A DNA stretch of 47,020 bases. Source: a virus. Its lineage: Duplodnaviria > Heunggongvirae > Uroviricota > Caudoviricetes. Position 1 is the first letter of the stretch, and each line of letters starts with the position of its first letter. Where the stretch lies: the IMG/VR virus record IMGVR_UViG_646862327_000001; one strand, written 5' to 3'. The notes below the pieces were generated by a model. That model made no database searches and was not told the DNA's origin. It worked only from the letters and a program-made list of their open reading frames with translations. A program made the position numbers and the translations under genes. This document shows positions 8,454 through 17,974 of the stretch, piece by piece.

Positions 8454-9383
8454 ATGGCAAACACTGCTGAGATATTCAATTTTCCAGTGCCGGATGTGGC
8501 ACAAAAGGAGCCGCGCGTGGCAGATCTCGATGATGGTTATACGCGCATTGCAAATGAGTTGCTGGAAGCTGTGATGCTGGCCGGATTAACACAGCACCAG
8601 CTTCTGGTCTTCCTGGCTGTCATGCGCAAAACATATGGCTTTAATAAAAAACTGGATTGGGTGAGCAACGAGCAACTTTCCGAGTTGACCGGGATATTGC
8701 CGCACAAGTGTTCTGCTGCAAAAAGTGTTCTGGTAAAGCGTGGGATTTTTATTCAGAGCGGGCGGAATATCGGCATTAATAATGTGGTCAGTGAATGGTC
8801 AACATTACCCGAATCAGGTAAGAAAAATAAAGTTTACCTGAAAGAGGTAAATTTACCTGAATCAGGTAAGAAAAGTTTACCCAAATCAGGTAAAGGCGTT
8901 TACCCGAATCAGGTAAACACAAAAGACAAACTAACAAAAGACAATATAAAACCTTTTTCGTCCGAGAATTCTGACGAATCCTCTGACCAGCCAGAAAACG
9001 ATCTTCCTGTGGTGAAACCGGATGCTGCAATTCAGAGCGGCAGCAAGTGGGGGACAGCAGAAGACCTGACCGCCGCAGAGTGGATGTTTGACATGGTGAA
9101 GACCATCGCGCCATCAGCCAGAAAACCAAATTTTGCAGGGTGGGCTAACGATATCCGCCTGATGCGTGAACGTGACGGACGTAACCACCGCGACATGTGC
9201 GTGCTGTTCCGCTGGGCATGCCAGGACAACTTCTGGTCCGGTAACGTGCTGAGTCCGGCCAAACTCCGCGACAAGTGGACTCAACTCGAAATCAACCGTA
9301 ACAAGCAACAGGCTGGCGTGACAGCCGGAAAATCAAAACTCGACCTGACAAACACTGACTGGATTTACGGGGTGGATTTATGA
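8454..9383 (+). CDS. O: Replication initiator O (mosaic: divergent N-terminal DNA-binding domain, lambda-like C-terminal domain)
   Basis: Start set to ATG 8454 (MANTAEIFNF..., GGGAGGA RBS). C-terminal ~100 aa (...GWANDIRLMRERDGRNHRDMCVLFRWACQDNFWSGNVLSPAKLRDKWTQLEINRNKQQAGV...DWIYGVDL) matches lambda O; N-terminal half differs; iterons lie inside the gene. Confidence 0.85.
   Translation: MANTAEIFNFPVPDVAQKEPRVADLDDGYTRIANELLEAVMLAGLTQHQLLVFLAVMRKTYGFNKKLDWVSNEQLSELTGILPHKCSAAKSVLVKRGIFIQSGRNIGINNVVSEWSTLPESGKKNKVYLKEVNLPESGKKSLPKSGKGVYPNQVNTKDKLTKDNIKPFSSENSDESSDQPENDLPVVKPDAAIQSGSKWGTAEDLTAAEWMFDMVKTIAPSARKPNFAGWANDIRLMRERDGRNHRDMCVLFRWACQDNFWSGNVLSPAKLRDKWTQLEINRNKQQAGVTAGKSKLDLTNTDWIYGVDL
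8805..8955. repeat. Replication origin: five iteron-like repeats plus AT-rich tract inside O
   Basis: Repeats TTACC(C/T)(G/A)AA(T/A)(C/G)AGGTAA at 8805-8822, 8834-8850, 8853-8870, 8877-8893, 8900-8916, each with a TTACC...GGTAA dyad, followed by an A-rich stretch 8917-8955. Confidence 0.75.
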
Positions 9384-10081
9384 AAAACATCGCCGCACAG
9401 ATGGTTAACTTTGACCGTGAGCAGATGCGCCGGATCGCCAACAACATGCCGGAACAGTACGACGAAAAGCCGCAGGTACAGCAGGTAGCGCAGATCATCA
9501 ACGGTGTGTTCAGCCAGTTACTGGCAACTTTCCCGGCGAGTCTGGCTAACCGTGACCAGAACGAACTGAACGAAATCCGCCGCCAGTGGGTTCTGGCTTT
9601 CCGGGAAAACGGGATCACCACAATGGAACAGGTTAACGCAGGAATGCGCGTAGCCCGTCGGCAGAATCGACCATTTCTGCCATCACCCGGGCAGTTTGTT
9701 GCATGGTGCCGGGAAGAAGCATCCGTTATCGCCGGACTGCCAAACGTCAGCGAGCTGGTTGATATGGTTTACGAGTATTGCCGGAAGCGAGGCCTGTATC
9801 CGGATGCGGAGTCTTATCCGTGGAAATCAAACGCGCACTACTGGCTGGTTACCAACCTGTATCAGAACATGCGGGCCAATGCGCTTACTGATGCGGAATT
9901 ACGCCGTAAGGCCGCAGATGAGCTTGTCCATATGACTGCGAGAATTAACCGTGGTGAGGCGATCCCTGAACCAGTAAAACAACTTCCTGTCATGGGCGGT
10001 AGACCTCTAAATCGTGCACAGGCTCTGGCGAAGATCGCAGAAATCAAAGCTAAGTTCGGACTGAAAGGAGCAAGTGTATGA
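9380..10081 (+). CDS. P: Replication protein P (helicase loader)
   Basis: 233-aa translation (MKNIAAQMVNFDREQMRRIANNMPEQYDEKPQVQQVAQIINGVF...) recognised as near-identical to lambda P; 4-bp overlap with O. Confidence 0.95.
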   Translation: MKNIAAQMVNFDREQMRRIANNMPEQYDEKPQVQQVAQIINGVFSQLLATFPASLANRDQNELNEIRRQWVLAFRENGITTMEQVNAGMRVARRQNRPFLPSPGQFVAWCREEASVIAGLPNVSELVDMVYEYCRKRGLYPDAESYPWKSNAHYWLVTNLYQNMRANALTDAELRRKAADELVHMTARINRGEAIPEPVKQLPVMGGRPLNRAQALAKIAEIKAKFGLKGASV

Positions 10082-10380
10082 CGGGCAAAGAGGCAATTAT
10101 TCATTACCTGGGGACGCATAAGAGCTTCTGTGCACAGGACGTTGCCGCGGTAACAGGCGCAACCGTAACCAGCATAAATCAGGCTGTGGCTAAAATGGCG
10201 CGGGCAGGAATCCTGGTCGTTGATGGTAAGGTCTGGCGAACGGTGTATTATCGGTTCGCTACCAGAGAAGAACGGGAAGGAAAGGTGAGCGCGAATTTGA
10301 TTTTTAAGGAGTGTCGCCAGAGTGCCGCGATGAAACGGGTATTGAGGGTATATAAAAGAACATCAATGGGTACACAATGA
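10078..10380 (+). CDS. ren: Ren-like protein
   Basis: MTGKEAIIHYLGTHKSFCAQDVAAVTGATVTSINQAVAKMARAGILVVDGKVWRTVYYRFATREEREGK... matches lambda Ren from memory; 4-bp overlap with P. Confidence 0.85.
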   Translation: MTGKEAIIHYLGTHKSFCAQDVAAVTGATVTSINQAVAKMARAGILVVDGKVWRTVYYRFATREEREGKVSANLIFKECRQSAAMKRVLRVYKRTSMGTQ

Positions 10381-10447
10381 TGAAACAGGTGAGTTGAGTT
10401 CAAACTGTAGTACAATTCTCTCCAGTTTGAACAGGAAAGAATATGCT

Positions 10448-10780
10448 ATGAACCCTTATATTTATCTTGGTGGTGCAATACTTGCAGAGGTCATTGGTAC
10501 AACCTTAATGAAGTTTTCAGAAGGTTTTACACGGTTATGGCCATCTGTTGGTACAATTATTTGTTATTGTGCATCATTCTGGTTATTAGCTCAGACGCTG
10601 GCTTATATACCTACAGGGATTGCTTATGCTATCTGGTCAGGAGTCGGTATTGTCCTGATTAGCTTACTATCATGGGGATTTTTCGGCCAACGGTTGGACC
10701 TGCCAGCCATTATAGGCATGATGTTGATTTGTGCCGGTGTGTTGGTTATTAATTTATTGTCACGAAGCACACCACATTAA
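10448..10780 (+). CDS. emrE: Small multidrug resistance efflux protein EmrE
   Basis: 110 aa from ATG 10448 (MNPYIYLGGAILAEVIGTTLMKFSEGFTRLWPSVGTIICYCASFWLLAQTLAYIPTGIAYAIWSGVGIV...), recognised as E. coli EmrE (a DLP12 prophage gene in K-12); the TTG-extended ORF start at 10394 was rejected. Confidence 0.95.
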   Translation: MNPYIYLGGAILAEVIGTTLMKFSEGFTRLWPSVGTIICYCASFWLLAQTLAYIPTGIAYAIWSGVGIVLISLLSWGFFGQRLDLPAIIGMMLICAGVLVINLLSRSTPH

Positions 10781-10797
10781 AAATAATTTATTTTTAA
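10775..10797. repeat. Direct repeat copy 1 (CATTAAAAATAATTTATTTTTAA) at emrE 3' end
   Basis: 21/23 identical to a second copy at 12848-12870; the pair brackets the serine-recombinase gene. Confidence 0.7.
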
Positions 10798-11035
10798 ACG
10801 ACTAAAATATGGAGGTTCGTATATTTGTATGGGCCTCGTTTTATGCTTTTTGTTAATGTCTTTAGTTTTTATTCATTCTTTTGATCTTTCAAGACCATGG
10901 TGTAAGAAAATTGCAATACGATTATTGTTGTATATTCAAGATAATGTGACCTTAATTGTCTTTTTAAATAAAAATTAAACAAAAATCATATCTCACCACT
11001 AAGGTTTATAAAAGCATACTTTAGCAGGTGTCACC

Positions 11036-12562
11036 ATGAAAAAAGCCATAGCATATATGCGATTTTCATCACCAGGTCAGATGTCTGGTGATTCATTAAA
11101 CCGCCAGAGAAGGCTTATTACTGAATGGCTAAAGGTAAATAGTGATTATTACCTTGATACCGTAACGTATGAAGATTTGGGGTTAAGCGCATTCAATGGA
11201 AAGCATGCACAATCAGGAGCTTTTTCGGAATTTTTAGATGCTATAGAACATGGTTACATATTGCCAGGGACTACATTGTTAGTTGAAAGTCTGGACAGAC
11301 TTTCAAGAGAAAAAGTCGGTGAAGCGATTGAGCGTCTGAAATTGATTTTGAATCACGGTATTGATGTTATAACTCTTTGCGATAATACAGTCTATAATAT
11401 AGACTCATTGAATGAGCCATATTCATTAATAAAAGCCATACTTATAGCACAAAGGGCAAATGAAGAAAGCGAGATAAAGTCAAGTCGGGTTAAATTATCA
11501 TGGAAGAAAAAACGGCAGGATGCACTGGAATCAGGCACGATTATGACGGCGTCTTGTCCGAGATGGCTCTCATTGGATGACAAAAGAACAGCTTTTATTC
11601 CAGACCCCGACAGGGTGAAAACGATTGAGCTAATTTTTAAACTCAGGATGGAAAGGCGATCATTGAATGCAATAGCTAAGTATTTAAATGATCATGCTGT
11701 AAAAAATTTTTCAGGAAAAGAAAGTGCATGGGGGCCTTCTGTAATTGAAAAATTATTAGCGAATAAAGCTCTGATAGGTATATGCGTACCTTCATATCGT
11801 GCAAGAGGGAAAGGGATAAGTGAAATCGCTGGCTATTATCCCAGAGTCATATCAGATGATTTGTTTTACGCTGTACAGGAAATTCGGTTGGCACCTTTTG
11901 GTATTAGCAATAGTAGCAAGAATCCTATGCTAATAAATCTACTTCGAACAGTTATGAAGTGTGAGGCTTGTGGTAATACCATGATTGTTCATGCGGTATC
12001 TGGACGTTTGCATGGCTATTATGTTTGTCCGATGAGAAGATTACATCGATGTGACAGGCCATCAATAAAAAGAGATTTGGTTGATTATAATATCATTAAT
12101 GAATTGCTTTTTAATTGTAGCAAAATTCAACCAGTTGAAAACAAGAAAGATGCTAATGAAACTTTAGAGTTAAAAATTATTGAGCTTCAGATGAAAATTA
12201 ATAATTTAATCGTTGCATTGTCTGTCGCGCCTGAAGTTACCGCTATAGCAGAGAAAATAAGACTATTAGATAAGGAATTACGAAGGGCTTCGGTATCATT
12301 AAAAACTTTGAAGAGTAAAGGGGTGAGTTCACTTGGTGATTTTCATGCTATTGATTTAACCAGTAAAAATGGGCGAGAGCTATGTCGTACACTTGCCTAT
12401 AAAATATTCGAAAAAATTATAATTAATACAGATAATAAAACCTGTGATATCTATTTTATGAATGGCATTGTTTTTAAACACTATCCTTTAATGAAAGTAA
12501 TATCCGCCCAGCAGGCGATAAGTACTCTTAAATATATGGTTGATGGTGAGGTTTATTTTTGA
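11036..12562 (+). CDS. ybcK: Large serine recombinase (YbcK-like, 508 aa)
   Basis: N-terminal resolvase/invertase catalytic motif (AIAYMRFSSPGQ...LLVESLDRLSR) followed by a long recombinase extension with Cys clusters; AT-rich gene after emrE as in DLP12. Confidence 0.85.
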   Translation: MKKAIAYMRFSSPGQMSGDSLNRQRRLITEWLKVNSDYYLDTVTYEDLGLSAFNGKHAQSGAFSEFLDAIEHGYILPGTTLLVESLDRLSREKVGEAIERLKLILNHGIDVITLCDNTVYNIDSLNEPYSLIKAILIAQRANEESEIKSSRVKLSWKKKRQDALESGTIMTASCPRWLSLDDKRTAFIPDPDRVKTIELIFKLRMERRSLNAIAKYLNDHAVKNFSGKESAWGPSVIEKLLANKALIGICVPSYRARGKGISEIAGYYPRVISDDLFYAVQEIRLAPFGISNSSKNPMLINLLRTVMKCEACGNTMIVHAVSGRLHGYYVCPMRRLHRCDRPSIKRDLVDYNIINELLFNCSKIQPVENKKDANETLELKIIELQMKINNLIVALSVAPEVTAIAEKIRLLDKELRRASVSLKTLKSKGVSSLGDFHAIDLTSKNGRELCRTLAYKIFEKIIINTDNKTCDIYFMNGIVFKHYPLMKVISAQQAISTLKYMVDGEVYF

Positions 12563-12847
12563 GTAATAATCACTTTTTCAACCGTGCTATGGTATGAAAG
12601 TAAAGTAACTAATATGATATTAACTATCTTGAACGAAGCGCCCTGAGCTATAGTTTTACTATAGGCACTGTCACTGGATGTTGGCATTCTTGCTCTAGTA
12701 GCTCAACAATACCCAATCACAAAACAATTCACTGATAACAAACTTTGTGCACGTGCTTGGTTATGGCGAACAGGTGATGTTAACCTCTTGCCAGAATGCC
12801 ACTCCACTTCATTAAGTATCTGAGCACCGAGAGGCTGGTCACGCCCC

Positions 12848-12870
12848 CATTAAAAATAATTTCTTTTGAA
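12848..12870. repeat. Direct repeat copy 2 (CATTAAAAATAATTTCTTTTGAA)
   Basis: Partner of 10775-10797; lies ~285 bp downstream of the ybcK stop. Confidence 0.7.
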
Positions 12871-12883
12871 TCGAGTGAAATAG

Positions 12884-12911
12884 GTTAGCCCGCATAAGTG
12901 CGGGCTGCTTT
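12884..12911 (+). terminator. Rho-independent terminator between convergent ybcK and esterase genes
   Basis: Hairpin AGCCCGCA-taag-TGCGGGCT followed by GCTTTTT on the plus strand; abuts the esterase stop codon. Confidence 0.6.
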
Positions 12912-13955
12912 TTACAGGTCAGCGTTTGTTTTTTGTTGTTGGGTAGCGGTTTTTATGGGGGTTCCCAGGTTTTTAGTAAACCACTCAACAACTCTGTTTA
13001 TAATAATTGGCTGATACCATGTATTATCGCCATGCTCGGCCCCTTCTACCAGCACGTACTCAGCGTTATCACCGTTCTTCTTCAACATCCTGAATAGTTT
13101 GGCGCTTTGCTCAGGTGAAACCAGAGTGTCTTTGCTACCATGCATAATAAGAAATGGGGGTTTTACTCCTTTCATATGTCCGATTGGACTGGCGTTTAGC
13201 GCTTTTTCTTTTGACGCTGTGATGGGGGCTCCCGCAAAATTTCTGAATGCAGGGCCATTGATCATTAAGGCTTCGGTTACGGCAGGAGAGCGATGAACCT
13301 CCTGCACTGATTCAGGGAACCCCTCGCCAATATTCAACAAGTCAGAAATCCCATAAAGTGTGGCAACTGCCTGAACATCTGAGGATTGCTGAAGAAAGTC
13401 ACCTTTATCAAAGGTTTTGTCACCATTTGTAGTTCCCATCATCTGGGCAAGCCATCCACCGGCAGAGTCACCCAGAACTCCGATTCTTTGAGGATCAATC
13501 CCATAATTGCTGGCATGCTCTCTCAGGTAACGTATTGCAGCTTTTCCATCCTCAACTGGTGCTGGAAATGTATCAGGAATTGTTCTGTATTCTACAGCGG
13601 CCACAACAAAACCAGCTTCTGCCAGAGCCATTCTCATTTCAATAAATTTGTCATGTTCAGAAGACATGAATCCGCCGCCGGGATAATAAATAATGGCTGG
13701 TTTTAAATCATTTGTTCGCGGGACAAGAACTGACATGTGAAGCTGTCTGACAGAACGAGTTCCTTTTATCTGGGAATAAACAACATCACCAATGAGATCG
13801 ACCTGGTTTCTGGTCGGTGAAACACTAATGATATCTGCACCCGGGGTGTAACCAGGAAGATTAGTCTGGACAGGTGTTGCACAACTCCCGACCGACATGG
13901 CCATTGACATACCATACAATAGTGTTGCAGATGATAATATCTTGTTAATTTTCAT
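12912..13955 (-). CDS. Secreted alpha/beta-hydrolase (HSL-type esterase/lipase), probable lipoprotein
   Basis: 347 aa; N-terminal signal ending in a lipobox-like SVGSC; YYPGGGF oxyanion-hole motif, GDSAGG nucleophile elbow, downstream Asp/His (HGSKDT, AEHGD). Confidence 0.8.
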   Translation of the reverse strand: MKINKILSSATLLYGMSMAMSVGSCATPVQTNLPGYTPGADIISVSPTRNQVDLIGDVVYSQIKGTRSVRQLHMSVLVPRTNDLKPAIIYYPGGGFMSSEHDKFIEMRMALAEAGFVVAAVEYRTIPDTFPAPVEDGKAAIRYLREHASNYGIDPQRIGVLGDSAGGWLAQMMGTTNGDKTFDKGDFLQQSSDVQAVATLYGISDLLNIGEGFPESVQEVHRSPAVTEALMINGPAFRNFAGAPITASKEKALNASPIGHMKGVKPPFLIMHGSKDTLVSPEQSAKLFRMLKKNGDNAEYVLVEGAEHGDNTWYQPIIINRVVEWFTKNLGTPIKTATQQQKTNADL

Positions 13956-14402
13956 GTTTTACATGCCTTGACTTATCGGATGAAATTCTCTTACTGAATT
14001 TAACGGCAGTTTAATAGCCGTACAACTCGTGGTAGCCAGGGAAATATCCCAGTCGTGGTTAAGGTTGTACTTGACGGCTATTATTTCAACAATGCTTAAA
14101 GTGAGAGCTTAAGGTTATGCGTATGTTTTACAGTCCGAGTAGATTCTGACCAATAGCTTCTTTGTATAATTCTGTCAGAAATAAATCTTGGCTTGCATGA
14201 AGTTTGAGACCTTATCTTGTTTGATTATGAATAATCAATTCGCCATAATTGTATCACCGGAGCCTGAACAACTCCGGTGACTTCTGCGCTAAACGGGGAC
14301 GTTTATGCGCACACACAATCCAAACTCTCTTCTCCCTTCACAGATGCAGAAATGCACCTGCGTTTTTTTGCATCCAGCGTCTGACCTCTGTGGAGGTGAA
14401 GC

Positions 14403-14858
14403 GTGAACCTACCACAAGATGGCATCAAACTGCATCGCGGTAACTTCATCGCTATCGGCCAGCAGATCCAGCCTTATCTGGAGGACGGAAAATGCTTTCG
14501 CATGGTGCTTAAACCGTGGCGTGAGAAACGCAGTCTTTCCCAGAATGCACTCAGCCATATGTGGTACAGCGAAATCAGTGAATACCTCATCAGCAGGGGG
14601 AAATCGTTCGCTACCGCAGCATGGGTAAAAGATGCTCTCAAACACACATACCTCGGTTATGAAACCAAGGACCTGGTTGATGTCGTAACCGGCGAAATCA
14701 CTACTATCCAGTCGTTACGCCATACCTCCGATCTTGATACCGGAGAGATGTATGTCTTCCTGTGTAAGGTTGAAGCCTGGGCGATGAATATTGGCTGCCA
14801 CCTGACTATTCCGCAGAGCTGCGAGTTCCAGCTGCTGCGCGACAAGCAGGAGGCGTAA
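14403..14858 (+). CDS. ybcN: YbcN-like protein (151 aa)
   Basis: GTG start at 14403 after GGAGGTG; [58 protein letters not shown]... recognised as DLP12 YbcN family. Confidence 0.8.
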   Translation: MNLPQDGIKLHRGNFIAIGQQIQPYLEDGKCFRMVLKPWREKRSLSQNALSHMWYSEISEYLISRGKSFATAAWVKDALKHTYLGYETKDLVDVVTGEITTIQSLRHTSDLDTGEMYVFLCKVEAWAMNIGCHLTIPQSCEFQLLRDKQEA

Positions 14859-15028
14859 TGGCTACACCGCTTATTCGTGTCATGAACGGACACATCTACA
14901 AAGTACCAAATCGTCGTAAGCGTAAACCTGAGCTGAAGCCATCCGAAATACCAACACTGCTCGGGTATACCGCCAGCCTGGTTGATAAAAAATGGTTGCG
15001 ACTGGCAGCAAGGAGGAATCATGGCTGA
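14858..15028 (+). CDS. ninE: NinE-like protein (56 aa; not in ORF track)
   Basis: ATG 14858 overlapping the ybcN stop (TAATG); hand translation [56 protein letters not shown]. Confidence 0.7.
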   Translation: MATPLIRVMNGHIYKVPNRRKRKPELKPSEIPTLLGYTASLVDKKWLRLAARRNHG

Positions 15029-15311
15029 TTTGAGAAAAGCAGCGCGTGGTCGGGAATGCCAGGTAAGAATCCCTGGCGTATGTAATGGCAATCCTGAAAC
15101 GTCAGTACTGGCACATATCCGGCTGGCTGGATTGTGCTGTACCGGTATCAAACCGCCAGACCTGATTGCCACCATTGCATGTTCTGCCTGCCACGACGAA
15201 ATCGACCGTCGCACGCATTTTGTTGACGCTGGATATGCAAAAGAATGCGCGCTGGAAGGTATGGCGAGAACACAGGTTATCTGGTTGAAAGAGGGGGTTA
15301 TTGAGGCGTGA
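15021..15311 (+). CDS. ybcO: YbcO-like protein (96 aa, Cys-rich, putative nuclease)
   Basis: ATG 15021 after AGGAGGAA ([34 protein letters not shown]...); overlaps the ninE stop. Confidence 0.75.
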   Translation: MADLRKAARGRECQVRIPGVCNGNPETSVLAHIRLAGLCCTGIKPPDLIATIACSACHDEIDRRTHFVDAGYAKECALEGMARTQVIWLKEGVIEA

Positions 15312-15670
15312 ATACCTACAGCATCACATTACCCTGGCCGCCGAGCAATAATCGCTATTACCGCCATAATCGCGGACGCACGCATATCAGCGCAGAGGGG
15401 CAGGCATACCGCGATAATGTCGCCCGAATCATTAAAAACGCAATGCTGGATATCGGCCTGGCTATTCCTGTGAAAATCAGCATTGAGTGCCACATGCCGG
15501 ATCGCCGTCGCCGTGACCTTGATAATCTGCAAAAGGCCGCTTTTGACGCACTCACCAAAGCAGGTTTCTGGCTGGATGATGCTCAGGTCGTTGATTACCG
15601 CGTTGTGAAGATGCCCGTTACCAAAGGTGGGAAGCTGGAGCTGACTATCACTGAACTGGGAGATGAATGA
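15308..15670 (+). CDS. rusA: Holliday-junction resolvase RusA
   Basis: 120-aa translation ([42 protein letters not shown]...[33 protein letters not shown]...) matches RusA. Confidence 0.95.
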   Translation: MNTYSITLPWPPSNNRYYRHNRGRTHISAEGQAYRDNVARIIKNAMLDIGLAIPVKISIECHMPDRRRRDLDNLQKAAFDALTKAGFWLDDAQVVDYRVVKMPVTKGGKLELTITELGDE

Positions 15671-15807
15671 TGTTTGAGTCTTATATGGCAGAGCGTCTTC
15701 GCCGCCGCTGGGTGCGCCTGCGCTTATATCGTTTTCCTGGTTCTGTTTTGACCGATTACCGAATACTGAAGAATTACGCCAAAACCCTGACAGGAGCAGG
15801 AGTATGA
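15667..15807 (+). CDS. ylcG: YlcG-like small protein (46 aa; not in ORF track)
   Basis: ATG 15667 overlapping the rusA stop (ATGA); hand translation [46 protein letters not shown]. Confidence 0.6.
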   Translation: MMFESYMAERLRRRWVRLRLYRFPGSVLTDYRILKNYAKTLTGAGV

Positions 15808-15892
15808 AGTCAGAGATAACAATCAACTAATACTGTTTTGTTGATTTTTGCTTGTAATTGGCGTTCTGGTCTGATTTTTGTGGAGTAAGTTG

Positions 15893-16276
15893 ATGCGTGA
15901 TATTCAGATGGTTCTTGAGCGTTGGGGAGCGTGGGCGGCTAATAATCATGAAGATGTGACCTGGTCGTCCGTTGCCGCCGGTTTTAAGGGATTAATTCCT
16001 TCAAAAGTAAAATCTCGCCCGCAATGTTGTGACGATGACGCGATGATCATTTGCGGGTGCATGGCCCGTCTGAAAAAGAACAACAGCGATTTACACGATT
16101 TATTAGTAGATTATTATGTATGTGGTATGACATTCATGTCACTGGCAAGTAAGCATTGCTGCTCGGATGGTTATATCGGGAAAAGGTTACAGAAGGCTGA
16201 GGGCATAATTGAAGGGATGTTAATGGCATTAGATATCCGGTTAGATATGGATATCGTTGCTAATAATTCTAATTGA
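15893..16276 (+). CDS. quuD: Late-gene antiterminator Q (phage 82/21-type, QuuD-like)
   Basis: ATG 15893 ([34 protein letters not shown]...) with Cys-rich zinc-binding region [12 protein letters not shown]; last nin-region gene before the lysis cassette. Confidence 0.85.
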   Translation: MRDIQMVLERWGAWAANNHEDVTWSSVAAGFKGLIPSKVKSRPQCCDDDAMIICGCMARLKKNNSDLHDLLVDYYVCGMTFMSLASKHCCSDGYIGKRLQKAEGIIEGMLMALDIRLDMDIVANNSN

Positions 16277-16300
16277 TATGCAATTGTTTACTAAAAGTTA

Positions 16301-16326
16301 TTAAAAATGGGGCGTGGAAACGCCCC
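16301..16326 (-). terminator. Candidate minus-strand terminator downstream of the porin gene
   Basis: Hairpin GGGGCG-tttcca-CGCCCC followed by AUUUUUAA on the minus strand. Confidence 0.45.
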
Positions 16327-16413
16327 CAAAATAAAGGGTAATATATAACAGAAGGTTTATATAGTAAGAAGCAAGGTAGTGCTTCTAAAGGAAGTGGCTT
16401 GAGGGCTCCACTT

Positions 16414-16455
16414 ATATGTTGCGGAGGCAAAGCCTCCCGCAACATATCTTTTTCG
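16414..16455 (+). terminator. Candidate tR'-like plus-strand terminator downstream of Q
   Basis: Long hairpin ATATGTTGCGGAGG-caaag-CCTCCCGCAACATAT followed by CTTTTTCG, ~140-180 nt after the Q stop (position expected for pR'/tR'). Confidence 0.5.
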
Positions 16456-16464
16456 TAAGTCAGA

Positions 16465-17547
16465 TTAGAACTGATAAACCAGACCTACAGCGACGATGTC
16501 GTCGGTATCAATACCAGCTGTTTTGGTAAACTTACTATCGTCAATTAAGTTGATTTTGTAATCAACAAAAGTGGACATGTTTTTATTAAAGTAGTAAGTA
16601 GCACCGACATCGACATACTTGACTAAGTCTCGGTCACCATGAACACCAAGGTCTTTACCTTTTGACTGAAGGTAAGCAACAGATGGTCGCAGACCGAAGT
16701 CAAACTGATATTGTGCTACTGCTTCAAAGTTTTGTGCTTTGTTTGCAATATGGTTATTACCAAAAACGGTCATATTCTGAGTTTCAGAATATGTGGTAGC
16801 CAGATAGATATTGTTCGCATCATATTTCAGGCCTGCAGCCCATACTTCCGCATTTTTGCCGGAGGCATTGAATTTGCTCTTACCATAGGCGACCTGACCG
16901 TCAGTGCGATCTGATTTAGCATAGGTTGCACCCACGCCGAATCCTTCATACTCATAAGTAGTGGAGAAACCGAAACCATCACCATTGACTTCAGTTACGT
17001 CAGTGCGGTCATTTTTACCCTGATACTGAGCAGCAAAGTTCAGGCCATCGACCAGACCAAAGAAGTCGTTGTTACGATAAGTTGCAACACCAGTAGTGCG
17101 ACCAGTCATGAACACATCTGTTTGGGTCCAGGTATCACCACCGAATTCTGGCAGGACGTCAGTCCACGCACCGATGTCGTATGCTACACCGTAGTTACGG
17201 CCGTAATCGATTGAGCCGTAATCACCAAATTTCAGGCCTGCAAATGCAAGACGGGTTTTGTCTTTGGAAGAACCTTGAGATTCAGCACGGTTGCCTTTGA
17301 ATTCATATTCCCACTGACCGAAACCAGTCAGTTGATCGTTGATTTGGGTTTCACCTTTGAAGCCAAGACGGGCATAAGTAGTATCACCATCATCTGCATC
17401 ATTAGAGGAGAAGTAGTGCTTGGCATTAACTTTCCCGTATAGATCCAGCTTGTTACTGTCTTTATTATAAATTTCAGCTGCCTGAGCAGACATCGCCATC
17501 AGTACTGATGCAGCTACAGCAGAAATTGCCACTGTTAATTTTTTCAT
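16465..17547 (-). CDS. nmpC: Outer-membrane general porin (NmpC/OmpD-like, OmpC/F family), intact
   Basis: 360 aa with signal peptide ([23 protein letters not shown]), porin beta-barrel signature and C-terminal ...VAVGLVYQF; antisense to the late operon between Q and S as in DLP12. Confidence 0.95.
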   Translation of the reverse strand: MKKLTVAISAVAASVLMAMSAQAAEIYNKDSNKLDLYGKVNAKHYFSSNDADDGDTTYARLGFKGETQINDQLTGFGQWEYEFKGNRAESQGSSKDKTRLAFAGLKFGDYGSIDYGRNYGVAYDIGAWTDVLPEFGGDTWTQTDVFMTGRTTGVATYRNNDFFGLVDGLNFAAQYQGKNDRTDVTEVNGDGFGFSTTYEYEGFGVGATYAKSDRTDGQVAYGKSKFNASGKNAEVWAAGLKYDANNIYLATTYSETQNMTVFGNNHIANKAQNFEAVAQYQFDFGLRPSVAYLQSKGKDLGVHGDRDLVKYVDVGATYYFNKNMSTFVDYKINLIDDSKFTKTAGIDTDDIVAVGLVYQF

Positions 17548-17974
17548 TGTACGCCCTTTTTTTTGAACTATTATTAAAAAATGATGTCACTGCGCGATAA
17601 ATATTCATCTAATCAATGCGATTATTTCAAGATGTAAGTTTTAGTTTCTCATTTAATTTGTGAAGTAGATCTCTATTTTTATCTGAACCTTTTCTATCTA
17701 ATCCTATTCATGGCTCTTGTTTGAACGAAAATAAATCTATTAGCTAATTTATATTAATGGCACTTATTTATAAGCGCTCTATAATTCTTTAGCTTAATTT
17801 AAACAAACTAAAAATAACATCGGAAATTATTCATTGGTTATTTGTTGAAGTTTTCTTATGTATTTGTGGTGGTGTTTTGAACACTCGGTGGCATTCTCAC
17901 AAATATCATTTAGTAGTTTACGTACGTAAAAAATTGGTTATGCTGTTAAGAGTGGTTACTTCGTCACACAGCTT

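Noticed and set aside
8805-8916. Closely spaced short repeats that might suggest a CRISPR array
   Set aside because: Only five ~17-bp repeats with 3-13-bp gaps, each containing an internal dyad, located inside the O gene and followed by an A-rich tract: this is an iteron-type replication origin, not a CRISPR array.
10394-10447. TTG-initiated 18-codon extension of emrE
   Set aside because: Extension lacks an RBS and starts with TTG; ATG at 10448 gives the expected 110-aa protein.
14256-14280. Stem-loop CACCGGAG-cctgaacaa-CTCCGGTG upstream of ybcN
   Set aside because: No U-tract on either strand; could be a regulatory or RNA-stability element but there is no evidence to assign a function.
14657-15214. 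185-aa minus-strand ORF across ybcN/ninE/ybcO
   Set aside because: Antisense to three collinear, recognisable nin-region genes; translation has no recognisable features.
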